A stretch of 64,000 nt of DNA from Podarcis liolepis (lineage: Eukaryota), in NCBI GenBank assembly GCA_965112155.1, contig OZ218106.1, one strand, 5' to 3'. Below are positions 33,486 through 45,899 of the stretch, piece after piece (position 1 is the stretch's first letter; every line of letters begins with the position of its first letter). The position numbers and the translations under genes are program-made. The notes below the pieces were generated by a model. That model was not told the DNA's origin, searched no databases, and was given only the letters and a program-made list of their open reading frames with translations.

Positions 33486-35856
33486 TGCTTTATTATTATT
33501 GCCACAAAGCATACTAATTGCTTTTGTTTTGGAAAGCGGAAACTCACAAGTGTTCCTCCGTGGTCTCTCTTGAGTAGAAAATCTGGTGATTGTTGTAAAT
33601 GTTCACCCCTTTTCATAGCTTTTCAATTCAGACCCCTTTGTCTCGCTGATAGTTCTCTAGCCTTCCTTCTTTAGAAGTTCATTTGGAAATTATGTAGGCC
33701 CTAACAACTACGAAATGTAGATACTAAAACACAACTAATTTCTCTTTTTCTACTTGATATAGGGCTCCCTATACATGCAACATGTCCAAAAACACAGTAT
33801 ATGATGATGATCATCATGATATTGGCCACCCATATTATCCACCTCTTCTTTTTTTCTTCTTCAAGTGATGCATCCATATGATTCACAGAAAGCGGAAGTG
33901 GTTTTTTAGAATGCCACATTTCCACCTCTAGCACTGGATGTCTTAACACTGAGGAATTTGCTGTGAATTTAACATAGGACTTACTGTGGGTTAGGAAACA
34001 ACAGTGAGAGAGATTGCAAAGTGCCTAGCAATCGTTCCATCTCAAAACCAATTGATTTAATTAATGCAATACACTGGAGTTGTTTGCTAACAAGGCCAGA
34101 AAGGTGGATAGATATTTGAGGATCTTTCCTATATCAGCACATGTAGTCAACAGATCAGTCTTATGGAACAAATACACCATTCCAAAAAGGTCCACACTGA
34201 GTGATCTTGACATATAGGTCTGAAAGAAACTGAAGCCCTCATTGACGCCAACATAAGAATAAATTGGGTGCATTTGCAAATATTTTCCCTAGGGTTACCA
34301 CTCTCTATTTAAATTGCTCGGTAAACTTTTTGTCAGCTTCCCGGAACACTGACTTGTGGTTATATTTGGAGAAAATGCCAAATATTAATTACCGTATAAT
34401 GAGGTGTTCTTTCCAATTGAAAAGGGCTGATAGACAGTGGTGTACTTCTAAGTGCCATGTTTTTGCATATGGAATCTCCAAGGGCGCTTCCAATGGCAAT
34501 TTTAAAAAGTTCATCTCCAAAAATGTTTTTAGTTACCCAGCCCAAATATACATTAGGTCCCAGCTTATATGGCATATTTCTCTGTTTTACATCACCATCA
34601 TTTTTAGCTGCAACTAGTTAGATTGCACATGCATTTTGAAGAAAGCCCTACTGGGACTTACTTTCAAGAAAACACTCAGTAGGTTTGAGCGGTCATTGTA
34701 CCTTTCTTGTTTTGGATACTGCAACATTGGTCTGCAACTGATAGTGGTGGAGTTATTCAAAAGCACAATAATAGAAGCTCTCCTCGAATATATGCTACAC
34801 ATCAGTAAAGGCATCACCAAGATGGCATCAATGTGGTTAATGAGCAGAGTCAAGCAAGCTACTTGAAGAAAGAAGGCTTCCTTCAGGAAATAGAAGCTTT
34901 GATGGAATGAGGGGCACCAGAAGGAACACAAACACCAGCAAAGCAATGCAAGCAGACGTGTGCCCCCCCAAATCTGCCACAGAGAATTGAAGGACCTTGT
35001 GAAGCAGATTCTGGGGATGAGGAAGGGGGGAAATGAGAAGTCCCCTTTGCGCAAGTGGCTTTTTCATGCAAGTGGACATTATTGGATGCCACCCACTGTG
35101 AGAAAGTATGGTATGACAAATATCTGTAAACTTTGTATTAAAAATTCTTATTTTGATCTTCGCTAATCACCATAAATCACAGGAAATAAATGCAATGTTC
35201 AGCAGTGTCTTCCCACTCAAAATACAACTATATTTTAATTAAATTTATTGTACATATCTATCATAACAAATGTTATTGCAAGGGAATTTTGAGTGACTAG
35301 TAAGTCAATGATCTTTGAATACTGAATTGTAATGAATAAACACATAGTCCAGAGACTGCTTAGGATAAATACACTGATATTTGATAAAACACTGCTGTCT
35401 TTATTTATGCTTCTTTATATTGTAAATGCTTTGTGCATTACAGTTTTGAGCTATAATAATTTTGCTGTTTGACTGTGTTGTAATAACTCAGAACATAATC
35501 TGAAATGAACCACAAACTTTATCAATATTAGATTAGAGAAAGAGAACATCAAAAACAAAGGGGAAAAAATCACATCACTTTCTCTAAAGAAGGAACAGAT
35601 TAATGGCACTGCAATACAATTACTAAATTCCCAGAGGAGAAGACTATGTTGTCTTCCTCTTAGGAAACATTTACTTGCCCATTGCAAAAGTGTTCTCATG
35701 AATGTACTAATATTAATGCTAGGCTTTTATACTACATCTTGTCATATTGCTGAACTGATAACAGAATATCAGAAAACCACTTTCATATCAAAGTGAAGTA
35801 TAAGGAGCCGTGTGATTAGACTGAAAAGTTGAACTCAACCTCTAGTAAAGACTTAC

Positions 35857-35930
35857 CCAAAGTCAGAGATTTGTGCGTAGAGCAGAAGATAATAGCCACT
35901 GTATCTGCTGGTGTGAAACCAGAATTCTTC
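35857..35930 (-). CDS. SLC10A7: SLC10A7 coding exon 10 (74 nt, [25 protein letters not shown])
   Basis: Minus strand ttttttctag|GAAGAATTCT...ACTTTGG|gtaagt; contains the family HKSL motif; phase 2/1. Confidence 0.96.
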
Positions 35931-36623
35931 CTAGAAAAAATGTAAGGAACTTTAAAAGTCTCTTCTACCAAATGGCTGCTCACTTTCCATACCCCATAAG
36001 TGTGTTTTTAATCTCTTTGCATTAGGTTTCATAAAATATAATTCTAGCTATATACGCCCAGCCGCTTTTGATTTTTGCATTAAATGGAATGGTTTCTCTG
36101 TTGTTGCAAAATCTTGTCTGCGTATATTCTTATCTGGAAAATGAGCGGGTTCAGGTGTGTCAACCTGGCTCCGCGACCAAAATTTGTGGGTGCCTGGCCA
36201 CTTCATGGGGAATTTTGTGGGTGCTCAGGCACCCAGGGAGTTGGCACCTATGAAAGGATTCCAATTGGTTTCTTATGGGACATGTTTATCCCAGCCCAGA
36301 GTACTTTTCCATAAATGTAAAGCACCACATTACAGCTAATTTTCACCTTTCCAAAAACTGGGCACCAGTCCTCTTAAAACACAGTTCTAAATAGTCTATT
36401 AGGGTGAAGCCTAAAATACTGGCATAATTTCCTTGTAGCCTTACTGAAACATTATCTGTGTGTTTGCACACAACGTTAAATCAGGTTTAGTGTTACAAGG
36501 ACAAGATGCAGTGGCACTTGGGTTTGTGCTACCCACTCCACTTCCAGTGATATCACAAGGAATTGGAAGGCTTTTGTTTCCAATATGGAGTAACAGCAGC
36601 TTGTTGTGAGGTCTGAACCTAGG

Positions 36624-37103
36624 CAATTCAAGAAGGACACTGACAAACTGGAACGTGTCCAGAGGAGGGCAACCAAAATGGTCAAAGGCCTGGAAACGAT
36701 GCCTTATGAGGAACGGCTAAGGGAGCTGGGCATGTTTAGCCTGGAGAAGAGGAGGTTAAGGGGTGATATGATAGCCATGTTCAAATATATAAAAGGATGT
36801 CATATAGAGGAGGGAGAAAGGTTGTTTTCTGCTGCTCCAGAGAAGCGGAAACGGAGCAATGGATCCAAACTACAAGAAAGAAGATTCCACCTAAACATTA
36901 GGAAGAACTTCCTGACAGTAAGAGCTGTTCGACAGTGGAATTTGCTGCCAAGGAGTGTGGTGGAGTCTCCTTCTTTGGGGGTCTTTAAAGCAGAGGCTTG
37001 ACAACCATATGTCAGGAGTGCTCTGATGGTGTTTCCTGCTTGGCAGGGGGTTGGACTCGATGGCCCTTGTGGTCTCTTCCAACTCTATGATTCTATGATT
37101 CTA
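36624..37103 (+). mobile_element. CR1 LINE, 5'-truncated, young
   Basis: ORF 36606..37001 encodes a CR1 ORF2 C-terminus ([22 protein letters not shown]...[23 protein letters not shown]); tail ctctatgattctatgattcta; flanking ctaggca at 36619-36625 and 37101-37107. Confidence 0.95.
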
Positions 37104-38381
37104 GGCACATGGCTTAGGGAAAGGAATGGCTGCTCATATGCAACAGGAAAATCATTATTAATTTAAATATCAAAGTATTTTCAATAAAATTCAGACTGCA
37201 TTTCTAGGAGTGTGTGTGTAGAAGGAGGGAAAACCGCAAGTGCCTGAACCACCTGTCCAAACCCCTACCCAGCTCTTGCCCATCTACTTCAGCATCCGCT
37301 TCTCATAATGGCCAACTATATGTATGTGGAAAGCTTTATCTTTTCCCCTTTTAAACAGAAACAAAAACAACTTACGATTTGCATCCTAATGGGAAGGAAA
37401 TAAACCACCCCAGCTCTAATAAAGGCATAGATTATGTACTACTTTAGGGCGTGTTAGGTGATTGGGGAAGGTGTTGAATTCAGCACCTTTTAGGCTCTGA
37501 TAAAATTAGCACATCACAGATGAGTGTAAAACCAGGAAGTAGGCTCTGTTTTATATTAAATTTGTCCACCATCCACTGGGGATCATTATGAATAAATATG
37601 GTCTGTATACAGAAGATAAATTAAAGGTGCCTAATAACTGCCTCCTGGAGGCCAATCAACCACGCTGATTGTGCAGGAGATTTTCCCAGGCACTTCAAAA
37701 ATTAATTGCATCACAGAAATCTTGGTAATAAAAGCCAGGTTGCATCGCAGAGCACTATGCTAATAGGGCTAGATCAGGCCTATGTTAACAAGCAAAGCAC
37801 AGGGACAGAAGGGATTCCCTCTGTGACTGCAGAGACGTAGCTCTTGGACCTTATTCAATTAGTGGCTATTAAGTAAAAAGAGAGTGTGTGAATACGTATT
37901 AGAGTAGTAATTATTCCAAACTGCAAGTGTCCAGGAAAGCCCAACACACCATTTTACCCCCTCCTCCTGAATTGTTTAATTAACTACTCCCCAGTTAGGC
38001 ATTTTCTTCACTACAGCTGCCTCCTCCACTCACCGTGCATTTAATTGGAGCTGCAGCCAGCCAGAGACCCTCTGCTGATATTTACAATTATTTTCCCAAC
38101 AGCTGCAAAGGGCTTGTTCTAAGCGATATTGGGAATGTATTGTAATGCTCGTTTACTATTTTCTATTGAGTCAGATTGTATCATGGCAAGGTGGGGTATA
38201 AATGTTCAAACAAACAGTAACCGGAGTAGATTATTCGTCCATCCTTTGATTTCTCAGGTGCATAAGACTTTCCACACACCTGGTACAAACTTTTGAGTTG
38301 CTGACAGAAAGGACAATACTCTTCTATACTCTCCAACTATTCTTTTTTGCTATAGAGATAACCTTTACTGCTGTAACATAC

Positions 38382-38433
38382 CTTGTAGAGAAGAAGAAAG
38401 TTAACAGCATGAATCCCAGCTGAACTGAAAATA
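38382..38433 (-). CDS. SLC10A7: SLC10A7 coding exon 9 (52 nt, IFSVQLGFMLLTFFFSTR)
   Basis: Minus strand ctttcag|TATTTTCAGTT...TCTACAAG|gtatgt; phase 1/2. Confidence 0.95.
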
Positions 38434-39529
38434 CTGAAAGACAAATTAGTTTGATAAATGTTAAGTGCAACATGAAAAGACCCACACAAATGCGCATTTT
38501 AGATATACACCCATCTTTTCATATAAAAAATGCATATATTTTACTATTAAGAATGAGAAAAGATATGCCTGCTATTCTGCTACAAGTACAAAAGTCAGAT
38601 ATGTACCTGCAGAACTAAACACTGTCATAATACCTTACAAAATTCTCCTATTCCCCCTGTGCAAAGAATTTATATCATAGTAGGAAAAAGTAATGAAGGG
38701 CTTGGAAATGGCTCTCATACTCTGAATAAATGATCAAAAAGGCTGATGGCTTGTTGGTTTTCAGTATGGGACTCACGTAACAGGTCAAGTTGGTTTCTTT
38801 GAGTGGGTGAACTTTTATTAATTGGAGGAATTTGATAAATGTTATTTTTTTTGACAAAAGAAATTGCTTCATATTAAATACAAAGAAGCTAAGAAATTAA
38901 AAGCCAAGAAAAGTTATGACAATTAAAAGATGAGGATATTGAAAGGAATAGTAGGAAGAACATATACATGCATATTTGTGTGTATGTGTGTGTGCACACG
39001 CGCAAATGACTGCAGTATTTCTTATTAAATATTCCTAAAGTATTTATGAATTTAAAAGTGTTAATACAGAAGTCTTCATGTGTTAGTCACTTGCAGAATC
39101 AACACAGATACAAAGGAGCCATGGAGCTACAGGACAACATGTCTAGCCCCATCTCAAGTTCTTCCTGACCCTTCCTACGTTGAGGATAACTTCTTAAGTG
39201 CAGGGTGTGTGGGGTGTGCAAGCTTTCTATGTGTCTATTTCTTCTAGGATGAATAAGGACTAGAAATTTTGTAGCTTCACCAGACAGTCTCACATGGCTG
39301 CTTGCCCTTCCTCACCACCATCTTCCACTTTTGGTATGCATTAATTTCTGAATTGTTTCCCCACATTCTGATCTCTAGTAAAACAGGAACTTTTTTTTAC
39401 CCAACTAAGTTGCAGACAGTCCTCAGAGGAATACTTTTATTTTCTGAGCTAATTTTAATCTTTAAAAAGGTAATCCCAAGGCATGTTATTTATCATCAAA
39501 TATATGGAAGAACACAAAAGACAACAAAT

Positions 39530-39640
39530 AGTATTTACCTGAGGTTTACTCAGAGTAGACCCATTGAAAGTAATGAACATGACTAAGTTAGGTCCATTAA
39601 TTTCAGTAGGTCTATTCTAAGTAAAATTTACTTGAATAGC
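39530..39640. repeat. Short palindromic (MITE-like) element
   Basis: Arms actcagagtagacccattgaaagtaatg (39548-39575) and cattaatttcagtaggtctattctaagt (39595-39622) are reverse complementary at about 23 of 28 positions; a related partial copy lies at 53861-53945. Confidence 0.75.
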
Positions 39641-40953
39641 ACCCCCCTCTCCTCAGGCAATTAATAAAATGCTTACACGGTCCTTTTTGATCCAATTTAT
39701 CTGACATTTTTTATTCCTGACCAAAACATACGGATTATATAGACAGGACAAAACATACTGATTGTGCAAGAAATATATTTTTTGTGCTTTATGACACAAC
39801 AATATTTTACCAACAACAAATATTTTAACATGCTGCTATTCAACTAGAACCATCCAACAAAAATTCACCATGAAAAAACTGATACTCTTGCTGTTAACCA
39901 TGGAGAAAACCATAATATTGTAAGCTCTATAATGCCCATGGAGAGTGGGTGCCCTTTTAAGATTTTATATCCAGAAGACCATATCATAGTCGGCTCTGCT
40001 ATTTACTGCTTAGAGATGGAAGACTAACTGAAGCACAATAGAATTTAGAACTTGACACTTTGCCACGTCAGGAACTGCAGGGGCCACAAGAGAATCCTTC
40101 CACACAGGCCTCTGCATACACAGAGGAAAAATATGCTTCCGTTTGTGTGTTTGGATTCTTCTCACAATGAGGGGCTTTGTTCTGGCAGCCCATCTGTACT
40201 GAAATTGATAGCAGAACAAACCAAGGATGCTATCCAACAGTGCAGATGCTAGCAACACTACTTTCTGAGCACCACGGCAGCACAGCTTAGCTAAGCACCC
40301 TTGCTCAAAATATTGTGTGCATGGAGAGAGGGTGGGTAACTGGTGGCACGAAAGCTGCCACTGCTGAGACTATGAGCAGGTCCCTGTATCAGGCCATCTC
40401 TTGCTGCTAGGTCATACCATCAACCTTCATTTTGTAAAATAGTGCAACTGTGTGCTTAAAAGTTGCCACTTTTTTGCATGTGTCACTGCAAGTACAAAGG
40501 CTGCGCTACAGCTGGGGGGGGGGAGACAGAGGGCCATCTTGTCACCCCTCCCAGGGTGGCACCCAGGGTGCGCCGCCCCCTGCCCCCCCTCGTACGCACC
40601 TGCCCACAAGTATGCTTGTTCTTCAAGGAGCGCATCATTTCTAAATAGGAACAAATGTCTTAATTGAATCTATGCTACTGTGGCGTTAACCACATATTAA
40701 GGCGCACCATTTCTATGACAGAAAATTATAGTGAGTGCTACTTCTTCCACGTTTCTAAAATGCATCCAAAGACCATGGCAGTGCTCAATAGCCCCAATTC
40801 ATCACATATTAGAATGTGGTCACAATACAAAGAAACTCAGAATGGATGTGGGAGTACACTATGGGCTCTTGATTCCTTGGGCAGCAATACACAGCTCCTT
40901 TGAAACATTACCCAGCTCTTAAAAGGGATTATAAATGAACTGGTGGTACTTAC

Positions 40954-41119
40954 TTATGAAAACGATTATAATCAGGCTAAACTTATCAAGGTCAATGTTT
41001 GGATTGGAAAAAGTATCACAGAACGTTGTATAGATGATCATCAGGAGCACACAGCTGCTAATAGCACCAAACGGAGGCTTCTTTCTCTCAAGCCACTCCT
41101 TGATGTATCTTCGGACAAT
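40954..41119 (-). CDS. SLC10A7: SLC10A7 coding exon 8 (166 nt, [22 protein letters not shown]...[11 protein letters not shown])
   Basis: Minus strand tgtttcag|ATTGTCCGA...TTCATAA|gtaagt; contained in ORF 40919..41173; phase 0/1. Confidence 0.97.
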
Positions 41120-42035
41120 CTGAAACATTGCAGGAGGAGAGAGAGGAAAAATCAACAGGTTGCCTCTTTTCAACGCACACAGGGAGCCAAGTTGGGCATC
41201 ACAAAATGAATCTGACAGCGGAAAGACATAAAGAGAAGAGAATAATTTGGATGACGGCCACGGTGGATTTCAAAGCTTCCCTGCCACATAACTCTTCTTC
41301 TGGGGAATTTAACATTTGTAGTGCAACTTCCACTGGGCGTCCATAATGAGAGTATATTTTCAAGTACATTCAAGTCTATCCTTAATCATGCCAAATGTTC
41401 TTTGCTAGCTGTCACTGAGACATGCCCATTAAGCCTCCCCAAAGTTTATCTCCTCTGCTGATACTAATGGATGTATGTAATTATCACAGTCCCCTTTGCA
41501 TCAACAGACAATTCCAAGTGTAACTTTGGGAATCTTAAAAATCTGACATCTTCAGGAATTTCATGTGAGCAGATAATCGAAAGTGATCCATGGAACATTT
41601 AAATATTTAAATAGCTAGCGATGCACCAGAAGTTTTTAATTAAATTATAACTCATGCTTGAAAAGCAAAAGTGCATGTGTTGTGGGAGCTTAAATAATTC
41701 AGAGTTTGAAGATATGGAGTTTTTGTAAATCGAAAGACAAATGCCAGTTGCATGCTTTTGGAATAGCAGAATTAACGGAAGAAGATGAGCAAGCCTACAA
41801 TGTTTAGTGCAACTTTTTCACATACAGGAATTTGAAAATGAAATTGTTTCATCAGTTTTCCTCTCCCTTTATTGTTTGGAAGTACAGTAACTAATGGCAG
41901 CACAGTTCTAGAACCACAGGAGTCATAACTACTTTTTGCTACTATTGACCAAAGTCCTCTTTCTAGACTTCCTTGAAGTTGTGACATAATTCCAGAAGGT
42001 GGTGCTGGAAGACTAATTCCCCCTGGGAATTACAT

Positions 42036-42171
42036 TAGGGTGACTAGCCTGTAGCCCTCCAGATGTTGTTGGAATATAACTTCCACCATCTTTGATCGTT
42101 GGCCATACTGGCTGGGGCTGATAGGAGCTGATTGGGCAACACCTGGAGAATCTCAGGTTCAACCATACCTG
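42036..42171. mobile_element. Palindromic MITE (family A)
   Basis: gcctgtagccctccagatgttgttgga...ggccatactggctggggctgataggagc...acctggag...caggtt. Confidence 0.75.
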
Positions 42172-42401
42172 TCCTACAGGGTTTCATCTTTTCTCCCCTT
42201 TCTCTTTAATCTACATGAAAGTGCTATGTGACATCAATCAAAGTTTGCAGCTTACATTAGACTTGCAGGAAATTATTTAAGCCATGACTTGCATTAATTT
42301 TTCAGTCACTATATAACAAGACTTCTCAAGAAATGCCCCAACAGATTTTATTACTGCAGTGTTTCTGAAGTAACACAGAAAGTTCATGCTACCCATTAAT
42401 C

Positions 42402-42470
42402 CAGCTGTTGTCAACCTGGTACCCTCCAGATATGGACTTTTTTGGACTACAACTCCCATCAGCCCCAGCT
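42402..42470. mobile_element. MITE (family A) half copy
   Basis: caacctggtaccctccagat...ggactacaactcccatcagccccagc. Confidence 0.65.
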
Positions 42471-43483
42471 AGTCTGTTGGATTTGCCATTATATTTTTAT
42501 AGGCTTTAAGTTAAATTTTGGTTTTCATTGATGCTGCTTCTGTACACCACTTGAGAGATTTTCAAAATATTAAATGGCTTAGATATGCTTTTAAGTAAAC
42601 TTTTAGAAATCAAAATCTTTCATAAGCTTCATTGGGAGGGCTTTCCCCTGAAAGGTAGAATACATAAGGTCTTTGAATAAATGAATGTGTGTGTACATGT
42701 CTCTGTGTGTAGACTGGAAGCAGTAGTTTAATTAAAGGCAGCTGTGAAAAGCCTGGAGCTTTGCAAGAGTGATACTACAGACTCCAAATCAGCGCAAATT
42801 AATAGCAATGTGCTTCTGCACACAAACAGGTGCCATAACACATTTACTGAGCCAATATTTGCTCTTCAAATAAAGGCAGGTTATTCAAGGCCGATCACTA
42901 ATCTACTTTGAACCTCTCATACTCTGGAACCAACAAGACAACAGTTCTCTATATTACACTTTCTGTATGGTACTAGAGACACACTAACAGGCAGGCTCAG
43001 TGGAGTAATCCCTGGGATTGGAAATAGGAAACCTAGATTTAAAGCTCATTCACAAAACTAAGGGTGGAATAACTCAGTCACGTTGGTCACATGACTTTAA
43101 AGACTGCTTGCTGCTTCTTTTCTGCAAATCAGGGCTGGTAAAGTGTCATGTCCAGAGAAGGGGCTTTGAAATGAGAGAGAAAACCAATGTAGCAGAGCGC
43201 CAACAGGACCAAGTTATGAAAGGCACCTGTCTGAATCTAAGCACTGCAATGAACTTGGTAAGTGGCAGCAAGGACACCACAGTCTCCCGCATATATGTGT
43301 ATGGGTAGAAATACTGATGTATATCCAGAGTGGCGTGCTAGGGGGAAAAAATCACGATGTAAATTAATGATTTGCTAGTGGGTACAACTGACAAAGGGAG
43401 AAATGAAAAGCAAGTGCTGGGTAGAGATCTTAACAATAGGCATTGGGTAGCCTATTAGTTTCACAGCTACTATAATGAAATTA

Positions 43484-43790
43484 ATTATTAGCATTTATAT
43501 AACAGTTTTACGAACATGAGTTTGACCAAACTGCGGGAGGCAGTGGAAGACAGAAGTGCCTGGTATGCTCTGGTCCATGGGGTCACGAAGAGTCGGACAC
43601 GACTAAACGACTAAACAAGAAAACACTTTCTGCATATTCAAAGAGCTCCATGCACACTCTTCTCAGTAATTCTTACAACCATCTTGTATGTTAGGTCCGT
43701 ATTATTATCTCTCTGAGGATGATATCGGCAGAGGACTTTGTGTATAGTTGAGGTGAGATTGAATTGGCGACTTTCCAGCTTAGCCATACA
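43484..43790 (-). mobile_element. Old MIR/Squam3-like SINE interrupted by the BovB fragment
   Basis: attagcatttatat...tctcagtaattcttacaaccatcttgta.gttaggt...tattattatctc...gaggtgagattgaa resembles a MIR-core SINE in reverse. Confidence 0.5.
43511..43620 (+). mobile_element. BovB (RTE) LINE extreme 3' end
   Basis: gaacatgagtttgaccaaactgcgggaggcagtggaagacag...catggggtcacgaagagtcggacacgactaaacgactaaac is the characteristic BovB terminus. Confidence 0.92.
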
Positions 43791-45899
43791 GTACAGTGGT
43801 TCTTACAACAAAGGATCTCAAACATGATTTGGCCCAAACAAGAAAACAAATAGTATGAGCCGCTCCAAGAAAGAAAAGTTATGCCCATGTCATACTCTAT
43901 TGCAGCAAGTAAAGGTGAGTGTATGGTCCGTCGTACAAAGGCATCTGAGGCCACTGAGCAAGAGAGTGTCAAGATTGCTGCAGTTATCTATTATGGATTT
44001 AGTTACATTTTTCATATGCCACCTTTCCAACATCACACTTGAAAAAGCTGGTCTATCCACCTGTTTCTATCTGAGGATATAACTACACATTACATGATGC
44101 AAACGCACGTAATTGAACCACGGCAGCCCTTTTATTTAAGGAAAAAGCACTTCAGGAAGTGGTAATCTGAAGCAGAGAACTGGGTGTGTGGCGTGCTTAG
44201 TCCTTTCCTCTCATGTCAGTTCCCTACCTGAAATTGCTACTGAAAAAGCATTTCCTAAAATAAAAGGGTTATCACGGTTCAATTACACTTACTTCCATGC
44301 AACACATAGTCGGGCCTCAAGAACTTCTGAATCTAGAACTGTATGCACTGCATTCAGGGTTGCCTGCAAATGCTATATATCTTCCATTGAACTTACAACA
44401 CTTGGTACAACTGCAGTGGTGATTCTAATAATGACACTATAGGAAGAAAATGCTAATGTCAATTTGTTCTAAGTTAATTACATGGGAGGTCCTCCAAATC
44501 TCCTTTATTTATTTTTTAAAGGGGCAAATAGGAGCTTAATAAAAATCAGATGTGAGTTCATTGGCAATTAGTGCCTGGATAGGATAGAATACCCTATAAC
44601 GGTTCTGAGCTTGTTGGATCTGTGCTCTGAACAGATTCTACTTTTGAACTGCTGCCTTTGCTGACTGCTACTTCCCAGCCACTTTGATCTACAAAATCCC
44701 TTTTCTTTGAGCATCCCAAAGAAACACTTATGACTCAAGTGCTCTCTTCTTTGAAGAAATGTGAAAAAGATCACAAAACAATGCAAGGTTTTAAATATAA
44801 TTTCCTTTATTGACTATTAATATTCTGATGTAGCAATGTACTTTCCAAAAAGACGGGTGTCAGAATATGCCTCTTCAAATGTTCTCTGCTTTGATTTTGT
44901 TATTTTTTCTTTAGCGTATTGCTTCTTTAAATCTCAGTCTCTAAACATCATATACATTAATGTGTGTGTTTATGAATAACATCTTGTTCAATGAGCAGGA
45001 TGCAAATCACAATATTGTGTTCTATTTAGTTTTAGATGAGTGTTACACAAGCTCTTGGATTTTATTAAAATTCCCTAAACAATCTGAAGGGCATTTTCAA
45101 GCTTCTATTTTTAAATGTTTAAAACACTGCAATTCAATACCATAAAACAAACCTTTCATGACATTTTTAGGGTGCTGTATATTATATTTTCCTTTGTTTA
45201 CCTTCCTATCAAGAATTCATCTGTCTGTAGTTAAAGTCAAGTGTCAGATAAGAGTGAACTATGGCATGAATGCTGTTAATCTGTCATCTCAATTTTTCTG
45301 AACAGCTTTTCAACAGTGTTGGCCTCCCAGAAGATTGCTGCTTCTTCCTGAAATTCAGCTGAAGTTTAGCTGTAAACAGGGCCATTTCTATATGGATTAA
45401 AGTTACATTCTAGTTTAAAATGTTTCTTAAGAAATGCTGTAGCTTTATTTACTTTAAATGCCAAACTATATTGAAAGGGCAAGCCTATGCACAAGTCAGA
45501 AGGAAGTTCCACCAAGTTCAGTGTGCACAGGACTGCAGCCTGAAAGCCTGTTCATAAAACCAACCTAGTTCTTGCTTGAGTAAATTATCACTGGTTTTCC
45601 TTTTTCAGTTTCCCATGGAAAACTGCTCTTAAAAAGGGGAATTTGTAGCTGATGCTTTCTAGCTACTTTATCTTTTGGGTGGTTGTTGTCTAATTGTAAC
45701 TTGCTCAGAGGTGTTTTATGGCACTCAGTTTTGGGGAGTGAGGAAAAGATATGCCTGGGACGAGCTGGGGAAAGGGCAATTACAGTGATTCTGAGCAAGG
45801 GTAGATATAGAGTGAGAGGAGGCACAGGCCAGGTGACACAGAAAGGACAATCAGTGTGCCAGGCCCCTCTCCAGCTTGAAGAATGGTGGTTGTCCTATC

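Noticed and set aside
40943-41209. 88-aa plus-strand ORF overlapping exon 8
   Set aside because: It is an antisense shadow of the real exon, with no independent support.
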